NCBI GenBank assembly: GCA_964012055.1
Contig: CAXGRO010000002.1
Span: 1 to 38,720, forward strand
Source of the DNA: an uncultured bacterium
GTDB taxonomy: Bacteria > Latescibacterota > UBA2968 > UBA8231
Direction: 5' to 3'
Length of the DNA stretch: 38,720 nucleotides
The notes beneath the pieces are model-generated. The model was not told where the DNA came from. It worked only from the letters and a program-made list of their open reading frames with translations, and made no database searches. Numbering within the stretch: the stretch's first letter is position 1; every line of letters begins with the position of its first letter. The translations under genes and the position numbers were made by a program. Positions 16,677 through 26,506 of the stretch are shown one piece after another.

Positions 16677-19565
16677 CTAAACAACGATATTCACAATTCT
16701 ATTAGGTACCAAGACAAACCGTTTAATCGATTCAACTGAAGACACATATCGTTTAATTGCATCGATTTCTAAAATCTTCTCTTTCAATTCATTTTCACCG
16801 ATATCTGTTGGTACTTCAATATTACCTCGCATTTTACCGTTAACTTGAATTGGCAACACAATTATATCATCTACTATAAATGATGGATCTGCTTCTGGCC
16901 ATTGGCCAGTTGCTAATTCAGAGTTTCCATCAAAAGCTATTTCCCAGATTTCTTCGCAAATATGAGGGGCCAATGGATTTAATAACTTTAGATAATTTCT
17001 AGCTAAATCCTCCGGAATCGCCTTAATACCAACAAGCTCATTATTAAACTCAATTAGAGAAGCAATTGCAGTATTAAATCTAAGTCCTTCTATATGTTCG
17101 GTTACTTTCATAATGGTTTTATGCATCAATCTCCTCAAGTCATCAGTCATATCCCCTGCAATTAGAGATTGTCTATCAGGTCCAATGAAATTGCGCCATA
17201 CTCTTTGTAGAAATCTCTGCATACCTCTTATGCCTTCCATACTCCAGGGAGCACTTGCTTCCAGCGGCCCCATATACATCTCATATAGGCGTAAGGTATC
17301 TACCCCAAATTCGTCCCCAACTTCTTCTGGTGGCAATCCGTTCTTAAATCGCTTGCCCATTTTACCACTGAAACGTTGTAATTTTTCTCCTGTTTTTGCA
17401 TGATAAGCAGTATTCTCACGTAGGTCTACTTCGCGAATATCAATATAAACACCTCTTTGATCTGCAAAAGCATCTGCCGTAATCATACCCTGATTAAATA
17501 GCTTCTTAAATGGCTCTGGTGTTCCAACTAAATCCAGATCAAACAATACCTTATGCCAGAATCTGGCGTAGAGAAGATGCAGAACGGCATGTTCGGCTCC
17601 GCCAATGTACAGGTCAACAGGCATAAAGTATTGCTGACGGTCTGTAGCACAGAAAGAGGTGTGGTTTGCAGGGTCTATAAAACGAAGATAGTACCAGCAA
17701 GAACCAGCCCACTGAGGCATAACATTCAATTCCATATCTCCAACGCCGACATCATTTTGATTAACTTTGCGCCAAGATTCAGGCGCCCTACCCAAAGGAG
17801 AAGATACCGGCATATTGGGATCATCTGATGTTATCGGTCTAAAATCATCCATTTCAGGCAGAATAACGGGTGGATCTATTCCCACTACACGACCATCATG
17901 AAGAGTGGCTATAGGGAAAGGCTCACCCCAATAACGTTGTCGAGAGAAAATCCAATCCCTCAGTTTATAATGGACAGACTTTTTCCCTATTCCTGACTTT
18001 TCGAGGGAATCAGTCATTCTCTTTTTTGCCACAGCTGTAGCCAATCCAGTTATAGAATAGGGACTATCTCCCTCTACGGGCGAATTAATAGAAACACCTT
18101 CGCCAACAAAACATCCATCTTCTATACCATCAGGTGGCACTACAACTGACAAAATAGGCAATGAGTATTTTTGAGCAAAATCATAATCTCTTTCGTCATG
18201 GGCAGGTACTGCCATTATCGCTCCAGATCCATAATCCATGCTAACATAATCTGCTACAAAAATTGGTATAATCTGTTTATTTACAGGATTTACTGCTGTA
18301 ATTCCCGTAAAAACACCAGTCTTCTCCTTTTCATCTCTAACTACAGCTGTCTGACTAATTGCCGCACGCACATATTGTTCAACTGTTGAGCGAATATCTG
18401 CATTTATATTATCACCTTTCCATGAATCCTCAGTAGTAGAAGGCCAATTTTCGGGTACTAAATATCTATCACTTTGCGAATTTATTAGAGGATGTTCGGG
18501 AGCTACCACCATAAACGTAGCACCAAATAGAGTATCAGGCCTGGTTGTAAACACATTTAGAACGTCTATTTGTTTTCCAGTTAATGGATGAATTACGGGA
18601 AAATCAACTTGGGCACCTTCGCTGCGGCCGATCCAATTGCGCTGCATGATCTTTACTGGCTCGGGCCAATCTAGACTAAAACCACCTCCCCTACCGTCAG
18701 GTAATTTATCGGCATCTAAATCTTCTAATAATCGCTCGGCGTAAGCAGTTATTCGCATCATCCATTGTCTTAGTGGGCGTTTATAAACTGGATAATTTCC
18801 TCTTTCGCTCTTGCCTTCACTGGTGACTTCCTCATTGGATAAAACTGTACCCAATCCAGGGCACCAATTTACAATCACCTCCTCTTGATAGGCCAAACGA
18901 TAATTATTAAGGATGGTTTCTCGCTGTTCCACACTGAGACTCTGCCAGCTAACAGTAGATTCTGCTTCGACTAGTTTAATGTCTTTATCGCTTAACTTCC
19001 GATTACCCGATTCAAATTCCTCTATTAACTCGGCTATAGGCCGAGCTTTGCCCTTTAATTTTCGGCCTGTGGAGTCTTTCCAATTATAGAAAGGGTCAAG
19101 CCAGCTATTGAATATTTGCAGAAAGATCCATTGAGTCCATTTATAATAATCTTCACGAGATGTAGCTATTTCACGATCCCAATCGTAGGCTAAACCAAGA
19201 AATTGTAATTGTTTGCGGATAGTATCTATATTATCCTCAGTTACTATTGCTGGATGTACATTGTGTTCAATGGCATATTGCTCCGCCGGCAGTCCAAAGC
19301 TATCAAATCCCATGGGATGCAATACGTTAAAGCCCTGCATACGCTTAAATCGGGTATAAATATCGCTGGCTATATAGCCTTTAGGATGGCCAATGTGTAA
19401 TCCTGAACCACTGGGATAAGGAAACATATCTAGTATGTAGCATTTTGGCTTCTCTGAATCAAAGTCATCATCATTGGGATTAGCTGTTTTAAAAGTTTTA
19501 TCCGCCAACCAACGTTCGCGCCATTTCTTTTCTATTTCGCGATAATTATACGAACCCTCTTTCAT
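16677..19565 (-). CDS. leuS: Leucine--tRNA ligase
   Basis: 962 aa. HIGH motif (LHIGHPKGY), KMSKS-type motif (GKMGKRF), CP1 editing insertion, and a typical bacterial LeuS N-terminus (YNYREIEKKWRERW). Confidence 0.95.
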   Translation of the reverse strand: MKEGSYNYREIEKKWRERWLADKTFKTANPNDDDFDSEKPKCYILDMFPYPSGSGLHIGHPKGYIASDIYTRFKRMQGFNVLHPMGFDSFGLPAEQYAIEHNVHPAIVTEDNIDTIRKQLQFLGLAYDWDREIATSREDYYKWTQWIFLQIFNSWLDPFYNWKDSTGRKLKGKARPIAELIEEFESGNRKLSDKDIKLVEAESTVSWQSLSVEQRETILNNYRLAYQEEVIVNWCPGLGTVLSNEEVTSEGKSERGNYPVYKRPLRQWMMRITAYAERLLEDLDADKLPDGRGGGFSLDWPEPVKIMQRNWIGRSEGAQVDFPVIHPLTGKQIDVLNVFTTRPDTLFGATFMVVAPEHPLINSQSDRYLVPENWPSTTEDSWKGDNINADIRSTVEQYVRAAISQTAVVRDEKEKTGVFTGITAVNPVNKQIIPIFVADYVSMDYGSGAIMAVPAHDERDYDFAQKYSLPILSVVVPPDGIEDGCFVGEGVSINSPVEGDSPYSITGLATAVAKKRMTDSLEKSGIGKKSVHYKLRDWIFSRQRYWGEPFPIATLHDGRVVGIDPPVILPEMDDFRPITSDDPNMPVSSPLGRAPESWRKVNQNDVGVGDMELNVMPQWAGSCWYYLRFIDPANHTSFCATDRQQYFMPVDLYIGGAEHAVLHLLYARFWHKVLFDLDLVGTPEPFKKLFNQGMITADAFADQRGVYIDIREVDLRENTAYHAKTGEKLQRFSGKMGKRFKNGLPPEEVGDEFGVDTLRLYEMYMGPLEASAPWSMEGIRGMQRFLQRVWRNFIGPDRQSLIAGDMTDDLRRLMHKTIMKVTEHIEGLRFNTAIASLIEFNNELVGIKAIPEDLARNYLKLLNPLAPHICEEIWEIAFDGNSELATGQWPEADPSFIVDDIIVLPIQVNGKMRGNIEVPTDIGENELKEKILEIDAIKRYVSSVESIKRFVLVPNRIVNIVV

Positions 19566-19635
19566 AAAATCCTCGCCTATTAGATGTTAGACTTTGATTG
19601 TTACATTGATGTTGATTGCATTGGATACTAAATGT

Positions 19636-19676
19636 AAAAAAGACTATCGAGCAAAAAGCTTGCGATAGTCTTTTTT
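19636..19676. terminator. Strong bidirectional rho-independent terminator (pnp terminator on - strand)
   Basis: GACTATCG (19642-19649) pairs with CGATAGTC (19663-19670), plus an inner 3-bp extension. Flanked by A6 and T6. Starts 33 nt after the pnp stop. Confidence 0.75.
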
Positions 19677-19708
19677 ACATTGGGAACGCGTGTGGGAAAG
19701 TGTGGCTT

Positions 19709-21781
19709 TTAGTTTTTAAGCGTAGCTTTGTGACTCAATCTAATTTTACCCCCGGTATCGATATCCAGTACTTTGACATCGATCTCCTCCCCTTCACCAA
19801 CAATTTCTTCTACATTTTGAACTCGACGTTCAGCTAATTCCGATATGTGAAGCAATCCTTCCTTACCGGGTAATATCTCAACAAAAGCACCAAAGGGCAT
19901 AATACGCTTAACCTTGCCACGATATTGTTTACCAATTTCGGCATCGGCTGTAAGCGATTCAACCATTGCTTTGGCCGCGTTGGCCGCTTGTGAATCTACA
20001 GAAGCTATGGTAATCGTACCGTCGTCTTCGACATTAAGTGTGGCTCCGGTCTTTTCTATCTCGCGAATTTGTTTTCCACCAGGGCCAATTACAACTCCAA
20101 TTTTCTCTGGATCTATTTTGATACTCAAGATACGAGGGGCGTAGGTAGAGAGTTCGGTGCTATGGGAAGCAATACACTGATTCATGTTATCGAGTATTTG
20201 CATGCGGGCTTCAAAAGCTCGCTCAAGTGCTTGCTCCATTATCTCGAAGCTAATGCCTTTTATTTTGATATCCATCTGAATGGCCGTAATACCATCTTCA
20301 GTGCCAGCCACTTTTAGATCCATATCGCCCAGAAAGTCCTCAGCTCCTTGAATGTCGGTCAAAAGTTCCCAATCATCGCCCTCTTTTACTAAACCGACCC
20401 CAGCACCACACACCGCAGTACGCACAGGCACCCCGGCATCCATAAGAGCCAGCGAGGATCCACACACTGTAGCCATGGAACTAGAACTGTTGGATTCGAG
20501 TATGTCAGAAACTAAGCGAATGGTATAGGGAAATGAATCAATGGAGGGTATAACAGGTTCTAATGCCAACTCAGCAAGATGCCCATGACCTATATCCCTC
20601 CTGCTCGGTCCTCTTTCAAAACGCACTTCACCTACACTGAAAGCGGGAAAGTTATAATCTAGGAAATAACTTTTGAAGCTTTTGCCACGCAAATCGTCTA
20701 CCATGCGCTCGTCTAATTTTGTGCCCAAGGTAGCCACACTGAGAGCCTGGGTTTGGCCGCGGGTAAAAAGAGCAGAACCATGTGTCCTTGGTAAGATGCC
20801 GCGCTCTGAAGACAGAGGGCGCACTTCATTGAGCGCGCGTCCATCTATGCGACGTTTTTCCTCTATGATCATGCGTCGCATGTCAGAACGGACCAACTCG
20901 TCCAGAGCATTGGCTATTAGATTTTCTGATTCTGGAAACCGCTCGGCAAGTGATTCTTGTACGTCCAGGCCCAGTGTATTTACGAGATTATCCCGGTCTT
21001 CTTTTTCTTCGGTACGATTGGCCTCAGTTATGCGTTCTTGTGCCAATTCAGCTACAGCCGCAGGTATAGCCGGATCAATATCTGGCGCTTCGATATCAAT
21101 TTTATCTTTGCCAACAACAGCAGCAAATTCATTTTGAAACCGCACTAAATCTTGAATGTGTTTATGGCCGAACTTTAAAACTTCAAGTAAATCAGATTCG
21201 GATATTTCATGTGCCCCCCCTTCAACACTGGCAATAAACTCATCTGTACCTGACACGATGAGATCTAAATCACTTTCTTCCATCTGACTATGAGTCGGAT
21301 TTATTAATAACTCTCCATCAACGCGCCCCACCCTAACAGCCCCCATAGGCCCATGAAATGGTATATCAGATATGGTTAAAGCGGCCGAAGCGCCTATCAT
21401 ACCCATTACACCGGGATCATTTTCGCCGTCGGATGAGAGAATACTTACATAAACTTGCACTTCGTAGGGAAATGGCTTAGGAAACATGGGCCTAATTTGA
21501 TGGTCGATTAAACGTGCATTGAGCGTTTCCTGTTCGCCCATACGACCTTCGCGTTTGAATATATTACCAGGGATGCGACCCATAGCATAAAATTTTTCAC
21601 GGTAATCAACCGTAAGTGGTAAAAAAGATTTTTCTTCTGGATTATTAGTGCGACAGGCAGTAACAAGTACGACTGTATCTCCATATTGTATCCATACTGA
21701 TCCGTTTGCTTGCTTGGCTACTTTTCCAGTTTCAATAGAAAAGGTTCGTTCCCCCAAATCAATTTCTGCTTTGTGACTCAT
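19709..21781 (-). CDS. pnp: Polyribonucleotide nucleotidyltransferase (PNPase)
   Basis: 690 aa. Two RNase PH domains (ESNSSSSMATVCGSSLALMDAGVP), then C-terminal KH and S1 domains. Confidence 0.95.
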   Translation of the reverse strand: MSHKAEIDLGERTFSIETGKVAKQANGSVWIQYGDTVVLVTACRTNNPEEKSFLPLTVDYREKFYAMGRIPGNIFKREGRMGEQETLNARLIDHQIRPMFPKPFPYEVQVYVSILSSDGENDPGVMGMIGASAALTISDIPFHGPMGAVRVGRVDGELLINPTHSQMEESDLDLIVSGTDEFIASVEGGAHEISESDLLEVLKFGHKHIQDLVRFQNEFAAVVGKDKIDIEAPDIDPAIPAAVAELAQERITEANRTEEKEDRDNLVNTLGLDVQESLAERFPESENLIANALDELVRSDMRRMIIEEKRRIDGRALNEVRPLSSERGILPRTHGSALFTRGQTQALSVATLGTKLDERMVDDLRGKSFKSYFLDYNFPAFSVGEVRFERGPSRRDIGHGHLAELALEPVIPSIDSFPYTIRLVSDILESNSSSSMATVCGSSLALMDAGVPVRTAVCGAGVGLVKEGDDWELLTDIQGAEDFLGDMDLKVAGTEDGITAIQMDIKIKGISFEIMEQALERAFEARMQILDNMNQCIASHSTELSTYAPRILSIKIDPEKIGVVIGPGGKQIREIEKTGATLNVEDDGTITIASVDSQAANAAKAMVESLTADAEIGKQYRGKVKRIMPFGAFVEILPGKEGLLHISELAERRVQNVEEIVGEGEEIDVKVLDIDTGGKIRLSHKATLKN

Positions 21782-21828
21782 TTCAGCTCTCAGTCTTGTG
21801 TTTTCAATACGTTGAATGCGATGCTTAG

Positions 21829-22098
21829 TTAGCGCCGTAGTTCTAGCTTTTTAATCAGTTCGGCATATTCTTCCGGTTTATTGCTCTGCAAATATGTTTG
21901 CAAACGCCGACGCCGGCCTATGAGTTTTAATAATCCGCGACGCGTCCCAAAATCTTTTTGGTGACTTTGGAGATGACTCGTCAGATTGCGAATACGCTCT
22001 GTCATAATGGCAATCTGAACTGCCGCTGAACCTGAATCATTTTCATTATTGCCGTATTGGGCAATAAGATCCTTCTTTTTTTCTGCACTAATCGACAC
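21829..22098 (-). CDS. rpsO: 30S ribosomal protein S15
   Basis: 89 aa. DSGSAAVQIAIMTERIRNLTSHL...HQKDFGTRRGLLKLIGRRRRL matches S15 throughout. Confidence 0.95.
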   Translation of the reverse strand: MSISAEKKKDLIAQYGNNENDSGSAAVQIAIMTERIRNLTSHLQSHQKDFGTRRGLLKLIGRRRRLQTYLQSNKPEEYAELIKKLELRR

Positions 22099-22110
22099 GA
22101 TTAACCTCCA

Positions 22111-22521
22111 TTAGTTGTCCGTCGAATATCCATTGAGCACTTGGCGTGCCGCAATTACATCTTTTTGAATTTGTGCTATTAACTCTTCTACCCGGTTAAA
22201 CATTTGCTCATCGCGCAGTTTGCTTATTAACTCTACAGTCAATTCTCTACCATAAAGATCCCCAACAAAGTCGAGGATGTGCAACTCCACTCCTAAATCC
22301 CCCTCACCAAAGGTCGGTCTATTACCAATATTTACAACTCCTCCCAAAGAATCACCATCTAAATCAATGCGGGCAACATACACCCCTTTTGAAGGGAGCG
22401 TTGATCCCCGAGAAACAATTAAATTGGCCGTAGGGAAGCCAAGTTGACGGCCACGAGCGTTGCCATGTTGAACAATTCCCGTTAAATAGATACCTGCGAC
22501 TTCGCCCACTGGAGAATTCAA
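22111..22521 (-). CDS. Riboflavin kinase (RibF C-terminal domain only; no FAD-synthetase domain)
   Basis: 136 aa, TTG start (a GTG 4 codons later is possible). GIVQHGNARGRQLGFPTANL, NIGNRPTF and LEVHILDF-like LHILDFVGDLYG blocks. Only 13 nt separate it from the truB stop. Confidence 0.8.
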   Translation of the reverse strand: MNSPVGEVAGIYLTGIVQHGNARGRQLGFPTANLIVSRGSTLPSKGVYVARIDLDGDSLGGVVNIGNRPTFGEGDLGVELHILDFVGDLYGRELTVELISKLRDEQMFNRVEELIAQIQKDVIAARQVLNGYSTDN

Positions 22522-22534
22522 TTTGCACTCGCAA

Positions 22535-23458
22535 TTATGGAGAATCGCTGTAAGAGCGCAACACTTTTAGTGGCTTCAACACCCCTTCTTCCCATTCGCC
22601 CATTCCATATAAGTTGCTTTCTAAATCATAAACTGCGTATATATTACCCATATCGGAACACTGTTTAATATTTTTGACAATGGGATTTCCGTGCGAAAAA
22701 GCTAATATACCTTCTTTTTCAAGAGCAACCTCGGGTATATTGGACAATGCGATTTGAGGAGGAGTAAAACATTGTTCAAGTTCGTCACTCATGACAGCCT
22801 GCTCTATCTGTTCAAGTGAAAAAGCATTTTGCAATAAAATTTCCCCTATGCGTTGACGACTCAGAGATTCAACTAAAGCACCAGTACCAAGCGCTTTACC
22901 CAAATCTGCAGCAAGCGAACGTATATAAGTTCCTCGAGAACATTCTATACGTAGACTAAGCCGGGGGTAAGAGTAACCCAATACATCAATATTATTAATG
23001 CGCACTGTGCGCGCATTGAGTTGAACGGCTTCATTGCGTCGTGCTAAACGATAACTGCGTACCCCATTAACTTTTACAGCAGAAAAGGCCGGGGGGATCT
23101 GTTCAATATCACCACAAAATTGAACAAGCGAATTTTCAATTTGTTCAATAGCAACATCTTTAGCTTCGGGAACAGGTACAATTTCACCTTGGGCGTCATA
23201 AGTATCGCTCACTGCCCCTAGCATTAAAGTCGCCTCATATTCCTTAGTCCCCGCACTCAACAAATCAGCCAATCGAGTGTAACGCCCAAGACAAACGACG
23301 AGCAATCCGGTGGCCAAAGGATCTAAAGTGCCACAATGACCTATGCGCCGCATGCCCACAATGCGCCTTAATTTTGCAACCACATCATGAGAAGTTGGCC
23401 CACTCTCTTTGGCTATCGCCAATACTCCATTATAGATTGGTTTATCCATCTTTTGCAT
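22535..23458 (-). CDS. truB: tRNA pseudouridine(55) synthase TruB with PUA domain
   Basis: GPTSHDVV, the catalytic-Asp motif GHCGTLDPLATG, and a C-terminal PUA-like region. The start is trimmed to MQKMDKP (23458; 23449 also possible) because the longer ORF overlaps rbfA by about 100 nt. Confidence 0.88.
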   Translation of the reverse strand: MQKMDKPIYNGVLAIAKESGPTSHDVVAKLRRIVGMRRIGHCGTLDPLATGLLVVCLGRYTRLADLLSAGTKEYEATLMLGAVSDTYDAQGEIVPVPEAKDVAIEQIENSLVQFCGDIEQIPPAFSAVKVNGVRSYRLARRNEAVQLNARTVRINNIDVLGYSYPRLSLRIECSRGTYIRSLAADLGKALGTGALVESLSRQRIGEILLQNAFSLEQIEQAVMSDELEQCFTPPQIALSNIPEVALEKEGILAFSHGNPIVKNIKQCSDMGNIYAVYDLESNLYGMGEWEEGVLKPLKVLRSYSDSP

Positions 23459-23795
23459 CGCTGAGATCTTGCAATAAGGTAGAAATATGCGCTGCTTGCT
23501 CGGCAGTATTGTCGTACAAGACCTTAATTTCGGGAGCAAAGCGCAGGGTTAAAAGCCGTGCCGCCTCTCGTCGCAAAAACCCTTCAGCCTTTTGTAAGGC
23601 CGCAAGGGTTTCTTTTTTTTCTTCCTCACTGCCTATCACACTTACAAATAATTTGGCATAACGCAAATCTTTTGACACTTCAACATCAACTAGATTAACC
23701 ATGCCTATGCGCGGATCCTTTAGACGACCAATAATGCCACTGAACTCGCGCAGTAACAATTGGCGCACACGATTAACCCGATAACTTGCTGCCAT
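23442..23795 (-). CDS. rbfA: Ribosome-binding factor A
   Basis: 117 aa. RVNRVRQLLLREFSGIIGRLKDPR...VDVEVSKDLRYAKLFVS matches RbfA. Confidence 0.9.
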   Translation of the reverse strand: MAASYRVNRVRQLLLREFSGIIGRLKDPRIGMVNLVDVEVSKDLRYAKLFVSVIGSEEEKKETLAALQKAEGFLRREAARLLTLRFAPEIKVLYDNTAEQAAHISTLLQDLSDAKDG

Positions 23796-23798
23796 ATT

Positions 23799-24044
23799 TT
23801 AGTACTGTTCTATAAAACCGACTGCTTTGGTTAGGACTTGATGGGCGTGATCCATCGCCGTACTCACCACTGCCATCCCCAAAGTGCAACGTTGCCACAA
23901 TTCGTTGTCATCGATCTCTGCTACAGAAATATTAAACTTATTATGGAGGCGGTCTTTTAAGCTCCTAACGATCTGCCTTTTCCCTTTGAGAGATTGGCTA
24001 TCGGGAAAATACAGTTGAACCTGACAAGCCAATAAAATCAACAC
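23799..24044 (-). CDS. DUF503 (YlxP-like) protein
   Basis: 81 aa, GTG start. LYFPDSQSLKGKRQIVRSLKDRL...ISVAEID...WQR signature. Conserved position between infB and rbfA. Confidence 0.75.
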   Translation of the reverse strand: MLILLACQVQLYFPDSQSLKGKRQIVRSLKDRLHNKFNISVAEIDDNELWQRCTLGMAVVSTAMDHAHQVLTKAVGFIEQY

Positions 24045-24055
24045 TTACCCAGTTA

Positions 24056-26461
24056 TTATAAACTGCGCGCCACTTCGATTACTTCTAAAGACTCGATGAT
24101 ATCTTTTTCTTGCACATCATCAAATCCCTGAATCCCAATGCCACATTCAAATCCTTCCAATACTTCCCTAACATCGTCTTTAAAACGCCGCAAAGAAGCA
24201 ATATCTCCTTTATAAATCTCCTCCCCTTGACGCATTAAACGAACTTTATTGTTGCGCGAGACCTTGCCGCTTTGGATTAGGCATCCTGCAACTGTCCCAA
24301 CGCGCGAGGGAAATATTTGGCGAACTTCGGCGACCCCAATAACCCTCTCTTCTAAGGTTGGTGCCAGCAAGCCGGTAAGACCAGCTTTAACATCTTCAAT
24401 AATCTCATATATTATTTTATAATTGCGAATTTCTACGATGTCGCGCAGAGCCAACTCTCGGGCCGAGGCTTCAGTCTGCACGCGGAAACCAATAACAATT
24501 GCACTGGATGCAGAAGCAAGCAATACGTCGGACTCCGATATGGAACCAACCGCACTGTGAATGACTGCAACCCTCACTTCCTCGTGAGTAATACCGCCCA
24601 ATTCCTGGGCAATGGCTTCTACAGAACCGTCGACATCCGCTTTAACAATAACCTTGAGTTCCTTAATTTGACCTTCTTGAATCTGGTGATGAAGGTCGCT
24701 GAGTGTCACTGAACGGATATTGCGATATTCTTGCTCGCGCTTAATTTGCTGGCGTCGTTGGCTGACGGCTTTAGCATCCTTTTCAGACGACATAACGACA
24801 AAAGAGTCCCCAGCCTGCGGCACACCAGTCAACCCTAAAACCTGCACAGGAGTTGAAGGTGGAGCATTCTCCAATCGGTGGCCCTGTTCGTCTAACAGTG
24901 CCCGCACTCTGCCGCTAAACGCCCCAGTTACAAAGGGATCGCCCTGGTACATTGTGCCATCTTCAACCAATACGGTGGCAATGGGGCCGCGTCCTTTATC
25001 AAGTTTAGCCTCAATAATAGTCCCTCTCGTACGCGCTTGGGGGTTGGCCTTTAATTCCAACAATTCAGCTTCGAGCAAAATTAACTCTAATAGTTTGTCA
25101 ATATTATGACCTGTTGTCGCTGAAATTTCAACACAAGGAATCTTACCTCCCCAGTCTTCAACCAGTATATCCCTTTCTGCTAATTCGCGCTTGATCCGAT
25201 CGGGATCGGCAGTGGGTAAATCTATTTTGTTTATGGCTACAACAAGGGGGACTTGAGCATCTCGAGAGTGATCGATAGCCTCGATAGTTTGCGGCATGAC
25301 ACTATCATCGGCTGCCACAATGAGAATAACCAAATCGGTAACGCGAGCCCCTCGCGCCCTCATAGCCGTAAATGCCGCATGCCCAGGGGTGTCGAGAAAG
25401 GTTATTTTACGGTCTTCATCCAAAGAGACGATATAAGCGCCTATGTGTTGGGTTATGCCACCGGCTTCACCAGCAGCCACATTGGTACGCCGCAAATAGT
25501 CTAACAGAGACGTTTTGCCGTGATCCACATGCCCCATCACAGTTACTACTGCAGGACGCGGTTCGGGGTCACCTACGACCTCATCGTCGATCAATTCCTC
25601 TTCTTGCGGAGCCTCTTCTTGTTCCTCTAATGCTGATATTTCAAAACCGAATTCATCGGCGACAGTAGCAATTGTATCAATATCAAGGCGCTGATTAATT
25701 GTCACCATGACGCCCAATTGTAGGCATGCTGCTATAACTTCATTGATTCGGACTCCCATTTGCTCGGCAAGTTCACCCACCGTGATAAATTCTCCCACCA
25801 GCAAATGTTTCTTTTCCTCAAACTCCTCTTCCCCCTCTTCTTTGCGCGTTCTATCATAACGCCGGCGCGTCCGACTTTCATTCATTTGAGATAGAGTCTT
25901 GCGCACATTTTCCTGTATCGCCTTGGCGTCAACACCACGCTTGCGTTTGCCCCTCTTTCGACTTCGGCCCCCACCCTCAGCAGCAGCGGGGGGCACGGGG
26001 CGCACCTCAGAAGGACCATCGCGCAATTTGTCTTCTAACTTGTCACCTCGCCTTCTTGGCTTTCGCCCCTCTCCCTCTCCTTTATTTATAAGAGGCATGG
26101 GAGGAGATGTATCTGTTAAATTTACTCTTCGATCTCTCGAACGGCTTTCGGCACGACCACTGCCACGCTCCCTGTCCCGTCGGGGTTTTACATCCTCAGA
26201 TTCGTTAGATGTTGCCGGTGTAGCCGGTACGGCATCTGCCTTTTTGCGATCCTCTTCTTTGGCTTTCTGACGTTGAACCTCTTCCAAAGAGGCCTTTTTC
26301 TCTTCCTCTAATTTTTGCGTAAAGGCGGTTAACATTTCTTCGGTAACCACGCTCATATGACTCTTAACATCAAAACCCATGTCTTTGAGCATGGACATCA
26401 AAGCATCGCTGGACAGCCTGTTTTCTTTGGCAACCTGGTATACTCTTCGTTTTTCCAACAA
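24056..26461 (-). CDS. infB: Translation initiation factor IF-2
   Basis: 801 aa, TTG start with GGGAGA Shine-Dalgarno. N-terminal IF2_N (RVYQVAKE...VKSHMS), a basic low-complexity linker, and G domain motifs [21 protein letters not shown]. Confidence 0.95.
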   Translation of the reverse strand: MLEKRRVYQVAKENRLSSDALMSMLKDMGFDVKSHMSVVTEEMLTAFTQKLEEEKKASLEEVQRQKAKEEDRKKADAVPATPATSNESEDVKPRRDRERGSGRAESRSRDRRVNLTDTSPPMPLINKGEGEGRKPRRRGDKLEDKLRDGPSEVRPVPPAAAEGGGRSRKRGKRKRGVDAKAIQENVRKTLSQMNESRTRRRYDRTRKEEGEEEFEEKKHLLVGEFITVGELAEQMGVRINEVIAACLQLGVMVTINQRLDIDTIATVADEFGFEISALEEQEEAPQEEELIDDEVVGDPEPRPAVVTVMGHVDHGKTSLLDYLRRTNVAAGEAGGITQHIGAYIVSLDEDRKITFLDTPGHAAFTAMRARGARVTDLVILIVAADDSVMPQTIEAIDHSRDAQVPLVVAINKIDLPTADPDRIKRELAERDILVEDWGGKIPCVEISATTGHNIDKLLELILLEAELLELKANPQARTRGTIIEAKLDKGRGPIATVLVEDGTMYQGDPFVTGAFSGRVRALLDEQGHRLENAPPSTPVQVLGLTGVPQAGDSFVVMSSEKDAKAVSQRRQQIKREQEYRNIRSVTLSDLHHQIQEGQIKELKVIVKADVDGSVEAIAQELGGITHEEVRVAVIHSAVGSISESDVLLASASSAIVIGFRVQTEASARELALRDIVEIRNYKIIYEIIEDVKAGLTGLLAPTLEERVIGVAEVRQIFPSRVGTVAGCLIQSGKVSRNNKVRLMRQGEEIYKGDIASLRRFKDDVREVLEGFECGIGIQGFDDVQEKDIIESLEVIEVARSL

Positions 26462-26506
26462 ACAAATCTCCCGATGAGGTTTTAGGGCCTTTACGAAATC
26501 TTAGAA

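Noticed and set aside
20673-21137. 154-aa + strand ORF inside pnp. Similar antisense or out-of-frame ORFs lie inside infB (24720-25109, 25899-26270), nusA (27051-27392), rsgA (8690-9157), the TPR-SLH gene (33276-33701), the YfgM-like gene (5393-5746, 5677-5982, 5809-6096) and others in the track
   Set aside because: All lie within genes that have unambiguous homology on the other strand or frame. Their products are low-complexity (S/R/P/A-rich) and have no start-site signals.
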